DNA from: Bigelowiella natans CCMP2755
Taxonomy: Eukaryota; Protista; Cercozoa
Direction: 5' to 3'
Assembly (NCBI GenBank): GCA_000320545.1
Contig: ADNK01000002.1
Span: 1 to 64,000 of the forward strand
DNA length: 64,000 bases
The notes beneath the pieces were generated by a model. It was not told where the DNA came from, ran no database searches, and saw only the letters and a program-made list of their open reading frames with translations. Below, in pieces: positions 1 to 12,200 of the stretch. Position numbers and translations under genes: made by a program. Within the stretch, counting starts at the first letter, position 1, and each line of letters opens with the position of its first letter.

Positions 1-18
1 CTAACTAACTTCCCAGCT

Positions 19-66
19 ATTGTTGTTGTTGTTGTTGTTCGTTGTTGTTGTTGTTGTTGTTGTTGT

Positions 67-107
<41 letters not shown>

Positions 108-109
108 CG

Positions 110-206
<97 letters not shown>

Positions 207-215
207 CGTTGTTGT
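19..215. repeat. (GTT)n microsatellite
   Basis: Near-perfect GTT/TTG run with a few GTC/TTC interruptions; explains the poly-V/L/C/N/Q ORFs. Confidence 0.95.
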
Positions 216-351
216 CATCATCATGACTACTCATAATCCAAACCTTCTCTCCTTCCTCATCCCAGAGAGGCACAACACCTCCTTTACGAGTGGGTCATGC
301 CACATACTGTCTTCTCTACAAGCGGGGAGGGGAATGTTTTGCGGTAGCGGC

Positions 352-2096
352 ATGCACATTCCCTGTGCACCGATTTACCTATCAATTCATCATGACCGAT
401 TCTCGTCTAATGCCGCGAAACCCATTTCCTTCACAGCTGTTGTGATATTAGCTGCATACGGCATTGTGTTTCTATCACAACCATCGTACGAGTACTCAAG
501 ACGAACCGGGGAAGATTCATTTTCTCTTCTCCGGTCGTCATCATCATCAGCATTTAAAATGGCCAGAACTCAAGAATATGAACCCTTCATATTACCTTTC
601 GAACTCGGAAGAAAATCAAATCCAAATGCAACAATGACATTGCTATCAACTAAAAATTTCCAGACTTCTCCTGTTATTTTTGGTTACAAAAGAAGAGGTG
701 AAAGTTGCTCTCAATGCCAGAAGAGAACACTTGAAACTGCAATACGCAATGTAGGTTTAGTCCCGATATCATACTCCTGTGTTGTTCAAATAATTCCTCT
801 TCATCTTCTACCTTCTTCGAACACAATTTGTATCGTTCCGATCAAAGACACGATAATATAACCAGAATCTATTGCGAAGAGAGTTATCATCGAAGGTCTG
901 CTGGACAGGTCGCCTCGATCCAACGGTAAGTTCGAATTGTTTTTTGCTAGTCTTTCACTCCCAACTTAACCATGTATCTTATTGCAGGCAGAGGGATTGA
1001 TGGTTTTCCTCTGCGGTAAGGAATGCGCTAATCAAAAAACATGGAATTCCATGACAAAAGAGTATAGATTCCGCATGCTGCTCGGAGTCACGGTATCACG
1101 TCATAAATAACGTTGAACCAAAGCTAAGCACTGAAATAAATATCTGAATCTCAAAGTGATTAATGTGGTGGTAGAGCGATACGTTCGATTCTTTTGGATT
1201 AGTACTCTCAACTGTTCCAGATAGTCTAGACTTTACAGAGGTATTCATAAGTCTCGCGAGTATGACTACCTAAAGCTGAGACGGTAGCACTTTTCAGATC
1301 TTACGAAAATTCAAGCACGTTATTAACTCGACTGGCAACAGGACTTTCTCTCAACCTTATCCTCCTTTCTCATCTATAGACGCTCGAAATGCGTCAGGGT
1401 GAGGCTAATAGTTAAACATAGAGGAGAGTCAGAAGAATCACATTTCACTTATACTATCTAACACTTAGGTACAAACAACGACTCTGGAAGTGGAGCCTTC
1501 AAAATCGGCTACATGAGATAACAAATGTACCCTCAAAGAATGTCACAATATTTTCCCTAAAATGGATCTCAACAACATATATCTCTAAGCATGAGGTATA
1601 AATGATTCCTAAACACACAGGTTTTTCCATTTTCTATCCATTTGATTATCATTTTAATCACAGATTCTGGGTCTACAATACGAGGACGCCGAGGCATGTT
1701 CCAAAGATGTTTCCTCAACATTTAGAATCGACGATATCAAACGCTCATGGAATGTAAGTGAAGCCATTGAGGCTCGACTCAACCACCAAATTACATTTGT
1801 TCTTTTCAACCATTTACACATCTCTGTTTAAATTTTATCAGGCAAGTTTGAGCAACATATCACGTGACAGGTTTCCTGTTTTGACACTAGAGGCTTCCGT
1901 GTCATCAGGATGTTATATTCGTAGCATCTGTTCGGAGTTGGGCAAAAAGGTAGTTACTACACAAGTGCACGTCATTGTATTTCACAGACATGGTCTGTTC
2001 AAATCACAGGTGGGTACTGGTGGATTAGCCTTGTCAATTGTACGTGAAAAGTTTGGCTCGTTTTCAATCAAATCGGCAAATGTAGCATTCGACTGA
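352..2096 (+). CDS. truB: TruB-family tRNA pseudouridine synthase, multi-exon, with N-terminal hydrophobic leader (start uncertain)
   Basis: Spliced reading (exons ..750, 866-925, 988-1092, 1175-1240, then five further exons to TGA 2094-2096): YKRRGES..KVCWTGRLDPT|AEGLMVFLCGKEC..KEYRFRMLLGVT|SDTFDSFG..FSQPYPPFSS..RLWKWSLQNRLHEI..VSSGCYIRSICSELG..GGLALSIVREKFG. These are the TruB motifs, including the catalytic Asp of RLDP. Confidence 0.85.
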
Positions 2097-2872
2097 ATGT
2101 CTCGTAAGAAACTGTGCATGACTGATGTCTATTTACACATGATTGCTGTGGTCAATCATATGATACTGTCTGCATGTAAGACGGATGTAATTAATCAATT
2201 AAATTTGTCCAATGGTCATCCTTATGTAGCTGTGCAAAGCAGCGGCTACAGCGCTAACATTGAATCTGTTGGTCTAGATGTGTGATATGCAGCAAGTACT
2301 ATGGTCTCCATTGTTCTATTGTTTGTCATGCAATGATCCCCGCCAAGATGATCGTACGCGCATGGCATGCTCGTCCATCTAACATCGTGTGTCATAGAGT
2401 GTACCCGCAGTTATAGTGCTGATGATGGCAATGGTCTACCGTGCACCCAACATCGCAAAGATGTTCGGTAACGCACACGTCTGGCGGCAGCACATTGCAA
2501 CTACGAACAAAGCGCGCATGACTTCATCTGCACACGTGTAGCACGTGCTACGTACGTGTAGCATGTGCCGTGGCATGCACCATGGTCTAGTGTGACTAGT
2601 GCGTGGTGCATTTGCCGCGCCACACGTCTAGACTCACTAGCTCAGCAGGCATGTAGGGTGTGCAGTCTCGCATGTGTCAAGTACAGCAGGCACATGTGCT
2701 AAAACGTCTGCAATGTCTGTGGCAGGTGGACTACTTCATTTTCACAGGTCTCTGCTGCATCTGCATGTTGGTTAGCTAGACCACATTTCTCAAAAATGAC
2801 TACTATGCAACCCTTACATCACACATGTCACACAGCATGTGGTTGTTGAACCATTTTGAATTCATTTGACAG

Positions 2873-3274
2873 TCAAACAAGCCTCGGGCTCTCGAGTCCT
2901 CGAAGATCGAATGTGCTGTTTGATGATTTTGCTCTCTTTTTTTTTTGTCTGATATTTGCATAGTGCAAAATTCTTCGACTAGGACGCAGGGATCCAAAGT
3001 TGTCAAGGTCATAGTTGAGCATGGCCGTTGCAGTTTCATCTTCAACCATGCTTGGTTCCTCAAAAAATGAATCCGTTCTTGGAACATTGCATTTTCCTCC
3101 CAAATTTCTTTTAGAAGCAAATGTGTGGGGGAAGCGGAAAGGGGCATTGAAAACACTGGAGGATTCTGATTTCAACTTCGCAAGATCATGAACGGTGGGC
3201 TTCCTGTGTTCCATGTTGTTTGATCTCAGGCGATGACTTCGAATTCTGTCACTTAGGAGCTTCGTGACGGCCAA
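2873..3274 (-). CDS. Hypothetical protein (~133 aa)
   Basis: Protein-like single ORF placed divergently from CTP synthase; no recognisable domain; start uncertain. Confidence 0.3.
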   Translation of the reverse strand: MAVTKLLSDRIRSHRLRSNNMEHRKPTVHDLAKLKSESSSVFNAPFRFPHTFASKRNLGGKCNVPRTDSFFEEPSMVEDETATAMLNYDLDNFGSLRPSRRILHYANIRQKKKRAKSSNSTFDLRGLESPRLV

Positions 3275-3899
3275 CCAGATCGTGAATCATCTCCTGTTGA
3301 TTGATTGACTGATTGATTGATTGTGTGTGTCTCTGAACACTCGTTCGTTACCAAGGGGCATGATGACTCGTAGATCTATGTACACATGATGGACTGATGA
3401 TGTCTCGGAGCGGATCCAGCATCACGAATTGATCAATCACCTACGAGTCGTAGTCTAAATCTCGAGTGGATGATGATTGAATCATCCTAAAATCATCCCG
3501 GCACAACACTGATCAATTCCGATAACGGCTCCGACTGTTGATGTTGATTTGACTACTGATGTGTGACTGTTGTGATGACCATAATCTGGTAATCGAAACT
3601 GAAATAGTGCGAGATAGTCTCGAGAGTTTTTCTCAGTGTTGTCTCACAAGTAGATATCTGAAAGTCTCGAGAGTTTTTCTCACTGTCTCACACAAGTATC
3701 TGACATATTTAATTAGATTATGCTTTGGTGAGTAGTACGGTACTCTCTTCCATTTTCTTGCTGGGCAACGAAGGAGAGGGGAGCACAGATTCCAGTTCCC
3801 CTTAACTTCCTCTAAAAGAATAATAAAACATACCTTTCTAGCGATAGTAGCTAACCTCAGTTAGAGCCTCCTATTATTACTTGATTATTACTGCAGAAT

Positions 3900-6062
3900 A
3901 TGAAGATAAATACCATTGTCACGCTTCTATTCTCCACCTTCGTTCTCACCACCACCTTTACAACACTAAATTTGGCCAAAATTATCGGGGGAGGATGGCA
4001 AAGCGACAGCAAATATCAGGAATCAAGCCAACATCGTTGGCGGGGGATCCGACGGAGACATCAAACTGAGTCCAAATCATCATCTTTGACTACATTCTTC
4101 CAACCAACCTCGGCAACACATCACTCTGCTTCATTGAGGTTCAGAGGAGGAGGAATTCTAGGAAGTAAACCTGTCATGAATCAGCAGCATGATGCGGCTA
4201 CCCCTGCCGCTCCTGAATCTTTTGCGTCGTCATCGTCGTCTGCCACTACCCCACAAGGTAGTTGCGGTTCTTCGACTATACAGAGTTCTGGATACCCTCC
4301 TCTCAAGTATGTAATTGTTACCGGTGGAGTATTATCCGGTATCGGTAAGGGAGTAACTGCAAGTAGTATAGGAGTACTGCTGAAAATGATGTATCGAAAG
4401 CCAACAGCAATCAAGATTGATCCATACCTTAATGTTGACGCTGGTACTATGTCCCCACTTGAACATGGGGAGGTGTATGTTCTGGAAGATGGTGGCGAAA
4501 CTGATCTTGATTTGGGAAATTATGAGCGATTTATGGATGTAAAATTGACAAATATGTCTAATCTTACCACTGGTAAAGTTTACAGAGCCGTGATAGAAGC
4601 AGAACGTCGAGGAGATTTTTTGGGAAAGACTGTTCAAGTAGTCCCGCACATAACAGGGGCAATTCGTGGTTGGATTGAAAAGGCAGCTCGCGCACGCATT
4701 GGAATGATGTCAAACAGACGACGGGCAGTATCTGCTGCACCAGCACTTCAAAGAGAAGAAACCCCTGATATGTGTGTAATAGAGCTCGGCGGCACTGTAG
4801 GAGATATTGAGAGTATGCCTTTTTTAGAAGCTATACGCGAATTGCAGCTGCAGGTTGGAAGAGAGAACGTGCTAGTTGTTCATGTATCCCTTATTCCTGA
4901 GATAGGAGGAGAGCAAAAGACAAAACCTACTCAACATAGCGTTCAGAAAATGAGAGAAATTGGAATTTACCCCGATGTACTAGTTGCCCGTACAACTAAT
5001 GATTTGACGAATGGGGCAAGAGAAAAACTTGCAAGTTTCTGCCATGTTGATCCAAGGGATATAATAAGTATGCCCAATCTTAACAATATCTATCATATAC
5101 CGCACATACTTGTCAAGCAAGGTCTTCATAACAAATTTGCAGACCAATTGAAACTACGAAGAAGAACCCTGGATCTGGCGCTGTTGAACTCATGGGCAGA
5201 AACAGCTACAAATATCGACAATTTAAAGAAAAAAGTTAAAATTGCTCTTGTTGGCAAATACACAAAGGGCACTGATACTTATCATAGTGTTGTCAAGGCT
5301 TTGTTACATGCTGCGGTTGCAACAAAGCAAAAACTGGAAATATCTTGGATAGATTCCACATACTTAGAAGATTCTGGTGCAACGGAAGAAGAAGCAGAAG
5401 ACCAACAAATATCACTAAGACGAGATGCCTGGAAACGTCTTAAAGAAGCTGATGGTGTGGTGATTCCTGGGGGATTTGGCCAAAGGGCACTGGAAGGTAT
5501 GATCAACGCTATCAACTATTCACGAACGACGAAAAAACCATTTCTGGGAGTGTGTCTCGGTATGCAACTTGCAGTAATAGAGTATGCTCGTTCAGTGCTT
5601 GGCCGCAAACATGCAGGTAGTACAGAATTTGATAAACATCTGACTCAAGAGGAGCAGGTTGTTATATTTATGCCTGAGGGAGATGCAAAAAAAATGGGAG
5701 GTACGATGCGGTTAGGTGTTAGAAAAACGAAGTTACGCAAAGATTCAATCATGCAGAGTTTATATGGAGCAAAGGTAATAGAGGAACGGCATCGGCATAG
5801 ATTCGAAGTTAATCCTCTGCATGTGGATGCGTTGGAAAAAGGAGGACTTCGGTTTGTTGGAAAGGATGCAGACAAAGGAGATAGAATGGAAGTTGTAGAG
5901 CTTTCAGAAGCTGTTCATCCTTACTTCGTAGCAACTCAATATCATCCAGAATTTAACAGTAGACATACCCGTCCGAGTCCTCCTTTTCTCGGTCTACTGC
6001 AAGCTGCAAAAGTTACTTCTAACGCTGCAGCAGAAGGAGCCTCAAAGTCTGAGCTATCGTAG
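3900..6062 (+). CDS. CTPS: CTP synthase (eukaryote-type) with signal peptide and transit-like leader; intronless
   Basis: KYVIVTGGVLSGIGKG, KIDPYLNVDAGTMSP, DLDLGNYERF, VQVVPH, ELGGTVGDIES, KTKPTQHSV; glutaminase motifs PGGFG, GVCLGMQ, ERHRHRFEVN, QYHPEF. ~135-aa N-terminal extension starting with a hydrophobic stretch. Confidence 0.97.
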   Translation: MKINTIVTLLFSTFVLTTTFTTLNLAKIIGGGWQSDSKYQESSQHRWRGIRRRHQTESKSSSLTTFFQPTSATHHSASLRFRGGGILGSKPVMNQQHDAATPAAPESFASSSSSATTPQGSCGSSTIQSSGYPPLKYVIVTGGVLSGIGKGVTASSIGVLLKMMYRKPTAIKIDPYLNVDAGTMSPLEHGEVYVLEDGGETDLDLGNYERFMDVKLTNMSNLTTGKVYRAVIEAERRGDFLGKTVQVVPHITGAIRGWIEKAARARIGMMSNRRRAVSAAPALQREETPDMCVIELGGTVGDIESMPFLEAIRELQLQVGRENVLVVHVSLIPEIGGEQKTKPTQHSVQKMREIGIYPDVLVARTTNDLTNGAREKLASFCHVDPRDIISMPNLNNIYHIPHILVKQGLHNKFADQLKLRRRTLDLALLNSWAETATNIDNLKKKVKIALVGKYTKGTDTYHSVVKALLHAAVATKQKLEISWIDSTYLEDSGATEEEAEDQQISLRRDAWKRLKEADGVVIPGGFGQRALEGMINAINYSRTTKKPFLGVCLGMQLAVIEYARSVLGRKHAGSTEFDKHLTQEEQVVIFMPEGDAKKMGGTMRLGVRKTKLRKDSIMQSLYGAKVIEERHRHRFEVNPLHVDALEKGGLRFVGKDADKGDRMEVVELSEAVHPYFVATQYHPEFNSRHTRPSPPFLGLLQAAKVTSNAAAEGASKSELS

Positions 6063-7083
6063 CTGCTTTAGGTACAAAAGTGCCAGCACGACCAAATTAA
6101 TATCATGAATCACACAAACACTGATCGGGTGCCAAATCTCATGACGAGGCAGACCGTATTGCAACAATATAGGAAATGCTACGAGTACCTTGCTGTGTGT
6201 GTTGTAGCTTTCGCATCACGTACGTACACGCTAATAAGTAACTAGTGCTAGATAGAGCTCACACATGGCATCCTAGATGACATGGGTGCAACATGCATGC
6301 GTCGCGGCCAATGCGATGATGTGCGTTCGATTTTGGCAACTATAACTAGATAACGCTGCTGCTGTATGTAGCCAGCTTGTAGCAGAAACTATATGTGACC
6401 GGATGGAACTGGAGGATGTGCGTTGTGAAATAATATAGATGTAGCTAGAAAGAGCGATAGCAACCAGCAATGTTTCGGTGTTACCCCAATTTTTGGCTAC
6501 ATATATTTATCATTGCAGTTTGTAGCAATGGAGGCCTTTTGTGCCGTAATGTTATGCATTTGCTTAATTTGATCAGTGCAGTTGTGTGAGACACATGCTA
6601 GCAACCGTCTTTAAACGAATTGCGGCCTTGCGGGCGCTGTCCGCATGAGACGGGTGTAATGATTGAGTTAAATTTTATCCATAGTGAGCTATCGTATGTA
6701 CTATTACGATATAAAACTAATATAATTAATCAATTAAATTTGCTCAATGGTTATCCTTATGTAGCTGTGCAATGCAGCGGCATATGTCATCCATATAAAC
6801 AGCTGTAAGTATGACATTTACACATGTTCTGCAAATGAGACAACAATTTTCGTGCCGATCGAGCGTCATTCGCATTCGCGCATTAGACATTATTTGCATT
6901 TTGAATGTTGGTGTCAGCGATGATCTTCTCATCATGACATGTGATTTAGCGCTGCATGACAACGTGCTGCTGTGAAGAACTACATAAAAATCAGCACAAT
7001 CTGTGGAGGTGAGGCCAATTGAATACGACCAGGCGTTTCAAAATATATTCACCAGTCTAATTGGAACGGCGACACAACAAACA

Positions 7084-9037
7084 TCAAGTTACAACCTCTG
7101 TGCAAAAGTCCGTTGACTTTGCATGTAAACCCAAATCTTTTGCTTTCATTCGAGCAAGGAGGCCAGCAACCGAATCAAGGATAACAGCACCTGAGTCAGC
7201 TAGCTTCACCTTTTTCCCACTTTTTCCTCGTCGTCCATTTTTATGAGACAATGTTTTGTTAAAGCTTTTAGCATTACGAGCCGTTGGTGTTAAGTTTGCA
7301 GGTTTTAAATCATCTCCACATTTGTCGTTATTCTTCGCCCACTGCTTGAGTTGAAGATTGTCATCCTGATAAAATTGCAACTTTGAATGGTCATGCGACA
7401 TGTACCATCTGCATACTACCGAAGCCGAAGTCTTTCTTCTTCTGTGACGTTTTCTTGTTCTTTTACGATGAGTTAGATCTCCCATATTATCTACACCACC
7501 TTTCTAGAGAATATAAGATATTCGCCAGTAAAACATGATGTTGAACACATTTTGACAGAAGAAGTCAAATAAATAAATAATATCATGAACCTGATCTATT
7601 GCAGTTTTCCTAAACTTTTGAGGTATTTCCTCTTTGGCCAGTCCTCTCACTGCATATAAACGGACTGCCATGTCCTAGAACAATTAAAAGTAACACTGAA
7701 ATTGGCGAATCAACGATATTGTCTCTAGAACAATTAAAAGTAACACTGAAATTGGCGAATCAACGATATTATCTGAAGATTGATGAGATATCTTCTCCTA
7801 TATGAGTAATTCCAAGGCAGCAGCAGCAGCAGCAGCAGCCCCATAAAACATTGCTAAGATATCATCTCTATGGGACTATAGTTCTCTAAGACAGCAGCAG
7901 CAGCAGCAGCAGCCTAAAAAACAACCAACCATTGCTGTTCCACTGCAGTCCATGTCCCGTATCTCTAGCTCACGAGACAGAATCATCCGCCCATATGCAT
8001 ACAACTGATGACAAAACAATTGCGTACAGTAATACATCACGTATTTCGATAAGAATAAGAGACTGAGTAGTTAGTATCTTGTTCCAGATGTGAAGCCTGA
8101 CATCATATGGTGATCTTGCTGCGTTAACATCAATCTTTGCATGTTCTTCCATGAAATCCTGCAATCCTGCAAATTCTTCCGCGAACTGATACTGCCCCGA
8201 TGCCTACCGTACATAGTTGTGATCGGAAATGTAATACGTCTTCTGCAATTGACATCAAGAGACCTGTAGTTTCTCCAATTCCTCCTTCCGAAGTCTATTT
8301 AATGAACATGTCAGATCACTAATTCTCTTATCGCCCAAATGATATGAATGAAACCTCGTCACATTCATTATAATTACTTCTCTATTTTGCGTTCCTCCTC
8401 CAAGATTCGGAGGCGTTCTTTTATTTTTGCTTGTCGCATCTTTTCTTCCTGCTGACGTAGCCAAACTTCCTCTAAGTTCTTCATACTGCCTGACATGTTG
8501 TTACCAGCAGGGTTGCTAAGATGTGATAATTACACTCTACTACTAGCTAGTAGAAATAGTTCACGGATACTACTTTCATCCATTGATGATTTAGTAGAAA
8601 TAGTTCACGGATACTACTTTCATCCATTGATGATGATTCACTCTCGCTCCTTCATGAGACTTGCTCACGAATCCTACCTGGATGCCATGGCTTGTGATTC
8701 ATGAAATTATGGTAGCCTCCCCCCCCTCCTCGGAATCGTGGCAGGGACTCCCTTAGATCATCCTTTAAATGCACAAGAATATTTATGTAAATATGATGTG
8801 CATAAATATGTGCATAAATATTTGATGCCGAAGAGTTGGGTGGTACAATTATCCATTCAACATGATTACTTTTCCATGAATCTTATCTGGCTTCGACTGC
8901 CTCCTCGTGACCAAATGGGTTTTACTCACACGGAATCTCGTTTGAAAATGCTGCAACGTAGAGGTGGCGTGGATTTGTAAAATATCTTCGCTCATCCATA
9001 GTAAAAGAGTAACTACGCCGAGTAATGATGCTCGCAT
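7084..9037 (-). CDS. CWC25/CIR1-like (Cir_N domain) splicing factor with bipartite leader, multi-exon
   Basis: Exons 9037-8870, 8762-8678, 8489-8378 and 8294-8264 splice in frame: MRASLLGVVTLLLW...LPRFRGGGGGYHNFMNHKPWHPGSMKNLEEVWLRQQEEKMRQAKIKERLRILEEERKIEKLRKEELEKLQ. The KxWHP..N...VW pattern followed by coiled coil is the Cir_N pattern. K/R-rich last exon ends at 7084. Confidence 0.72.
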
Positions 9038-10009
9038 TTGGCCCACGCTACTACATTCTCCAGTTGTTCCGGATTTGTTGCATTGTAGTTGGTTGAAGTA
9101 CTGCATACTTTTCTCCGTTCAACACCTCTTCCGTATTTTTGCTAGCAAGCCTTATCGTTTTTGGCCACTTCTTTTCCACAACGTGGAGCATTCCACCAAT
9201 TAACCATAGCGTGATACCTCCTTTACATTCACATTCACAGAAGTAGCTGTAGCAGATTGGCAAGCACCATCGAAAATAAATGATCAACAATCACGTGCTG
9301 TGAGTTTACCATTTCTCCTGCGATTATCTCCGATGATGCTGAATTGTTCAGTGGAATAAAACAGAAAATGCACTGCGTTCCCGAATATACGACAAAAGGT
9401 ATGGTCTGTAATTAAGCGAGTTAATAGCATGCCGTTTTCTACCTGCGACAATGGCAGGGGGCACCGCTACATTAGTAAATACACTTCCAGCACAGTTGCT
9501 TGTTTTCCGGAAGCGAGCAATTAGAGTTGGGGGGGACAACCTCAGTGCAAACAGAATAAAAGAGTCTAGAGGGGGAAGGGGAGAAAATAGAAGCAAAGAG
9601 AAGGAAGAAGAAAACCTGGAGAAGGAAGAAGAGAAGATTATTTTATTTGGAGTCAGTCTTCCAGATGGCGTCAAATGTTCGAACGTACTACTACTACTAC
9701 TACTCGATTATTCCTCGAATTCCATTTGGAGGGAGGAGGCACAAATGCTATTCGAATCTTTTGATGTTCAAAGAGGCGATTTTTGCGTGTCCATAACTTT
9801 GAAATTGTGCGCCGATTGATGGGTACCATGGTACCAATTGTTCCTAGGTATCCACTTCACCAGATATGTTGGGAGCCAAATTGCAACCGGATAGGAGGAG
9901 GAGGAGGAGGAGGCGGAAATTTATCGGAACTAGTTCCGGTCATTGTTGTAGTGTGACAACTGCTGTGAGAGATAATTGTATGAGGAGAGAGATATTTATA
10001 TGAGGAATA

Positions 10010-11909
10010 ATGAAGCTTATCATTCGGTTAGCTTCAGAACGTGAACAATTGCCCTCTACTACTACTACTACTACTACTACTACTCCTCCTACTTATCAGG
10101 TGTTCAAACCCCTGCTAAAGAGCAAACGAGGATTCGCAGGCAATCTAATCGTTACCGTCAAGAGAGCTGAAATAACCCAGTTTTCAAAGGGTGGTTCAAG
10201 TTCGATAATACATTAAAGTAACTTTTGTTCAATTTGTTGCTTCACAAGCTTTGATGCTCAGATGTCAAGAATCCTGTACTTGAATTGAGGTGCAAGGAGA
10301 CAAAGCTTCTCACGCCAGCAGCATTAGATGGGTTAGAGTGCTGTTTGTATTTTAAATGACTTTACTGCCACATTGTAAATTTCATAAATAATGAATATAT
10401 TCATATCGTTACTCTAGTGAATAAATCATTAGGGGTAAAGCGCCTTGTTGGGAATGCAAGTTTCAGATGTCAGCTGCTGCAAAAAAACAACAACAGCCAA
10501 CCACTAATTTGTTTTATCGTGAAAGTTGTTACTGTAGCGCTCGCAATAACTAACAGGTTGCCATTTTTAACAACTTAGTGATCTGGATGGAGATGAAGAA
10601 TTTCTTGAAGTATAGTAGTACATCGAACGTTTTGGACAGCGTGTTTGTGCCAGCTGCTACTAAAATATTTACTTTTTCCCAGATATACCTCTATGATATG
10701 CCGTCACTCGATCAGAACAAACTCATAGAAATTGGAAGGTAAATAGCGGCGCCATTTATTGGTTTCGTTACCATAGATTAAAAGAACCCATTCAAAGTGA
10801 AAATCCAACCTGTTTATTATATGAACTTTTTCCCTCCTTCTTATCCTCTTCTCCAGATCCTCGATTCCTCTCTTGCCTTTGGTTTCAATTGCAAATCCGG
10901 TCATAATTATCCAATTTTCCTTCTAAAATCAAAGACCTGACAACAAACACATCTGTGTTGTTTTCAGATATATACGTTTGATAAAGAGGAGAAAGAAGAC
11001 AATGAGGACATTCAAAAAATTTTAGACTTAGTAAATTCATATTTCTATTTTATTCCAAGTACTTTAGGTAATATATCTTGTTTACAGGTGAAATCATCTA
11101 AAATTCACAAGTTTCGAAAGACGTATCTTCAGGTGGGTGCGTCAATTCTGTAGTAACTTAGTCGTAAATCAACTTACTCATTTTATCGAACATAATTTGA
11201 AAATCACAGGCAATTTTGACCACACAACTTGTGAAGGCTCATCTGTTTTGGTTCAATATTATCCGACCAAATACAAAAGCAGCAGCGAAAAAAAGGTATA
11301 ATTATCGTCATAATTCTTTTAAGTGTACGATATATGAACATGATGGATACTGTCTCTCCTCCGTAGACGTGGCTCGCTTTATACTACTTTTCAACTTGGT
11401 GTGCATCATAATTTTAGGGCTGCTGCTCCTGCTGCTATTGTTGGAAAAGTGCGTTTGCAGGTGTGAGGACGTATTATCTCTTGTAAAAACGGCATCTGCT
11501 AAGCTGAAATATCAATGTTTAGATTGGTTTTAGGCCTGACCTCAGCGCTCCTGTGCTTTCAGACGAGAGAAGACGTCTACTCGAGTAATCATAATAATTT
11601 ATATCCGAGCAGCTGTGCAATAACCGAGCTTCTGTTTCATGTGATGATGTGCTAGACATTTTTTTTAGAGTCATTCCGCTTGTTTACAATGTCGATTTTT
11701 TGGTGTGCAATACTTCAGAGCAAAGAGGAGAAGGAGTTCTCCTATGGTACTATTTACAAAAAGTGTGTGGTTACCGTGAAGCTTGCTTGTTCATCATGTT
11801 AAACATCATGAGTCTCTGTGGTTACCATGAAGCTTGCTTATTCATGTTAAACATCATGAATCTCTTCTTTGCAGCAGCAGCAGCAGCAGCAGCAGGTGGA
11901 GGCTGTTGG

Positions 11910-11942
<33 letters not shown>

Positions 11943-12161
11943 CACTGGTTCATCATCGGGAGGAAAATCAGATTTCTTAGGAAAATGTGTGATGATAACA
12001 ACATCATTAGACTATGCTACTGCTGCTGTCAAAAATATGATGAACGACCACTATATGCACACAGTGAAAAATTATGACAGCATATTATATCAACGGGGTA
12101 GCACTACTTTTATAATTTATTGCCAAATAGAATAATAGTTACAGTTATTGCTACGACGATT

Positions 12162-12200
<39 letters not shown>

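Noticed and set aside
1-273. Poly-N/Q/V/L/C ORFs here, and similar homopolymer ORFs at 28000-33700 and 59400-62900
   Set aside because: Translations of mostly intronic or intergenic microsatellites.
3617-3702. Duplicated AGTCTCGAGAGTTTTT..CTCA motif upstream of CTP synthase as a promoter element
   Set aside because: Equally explained by a simple ~46-bp local duplication; no independent support.
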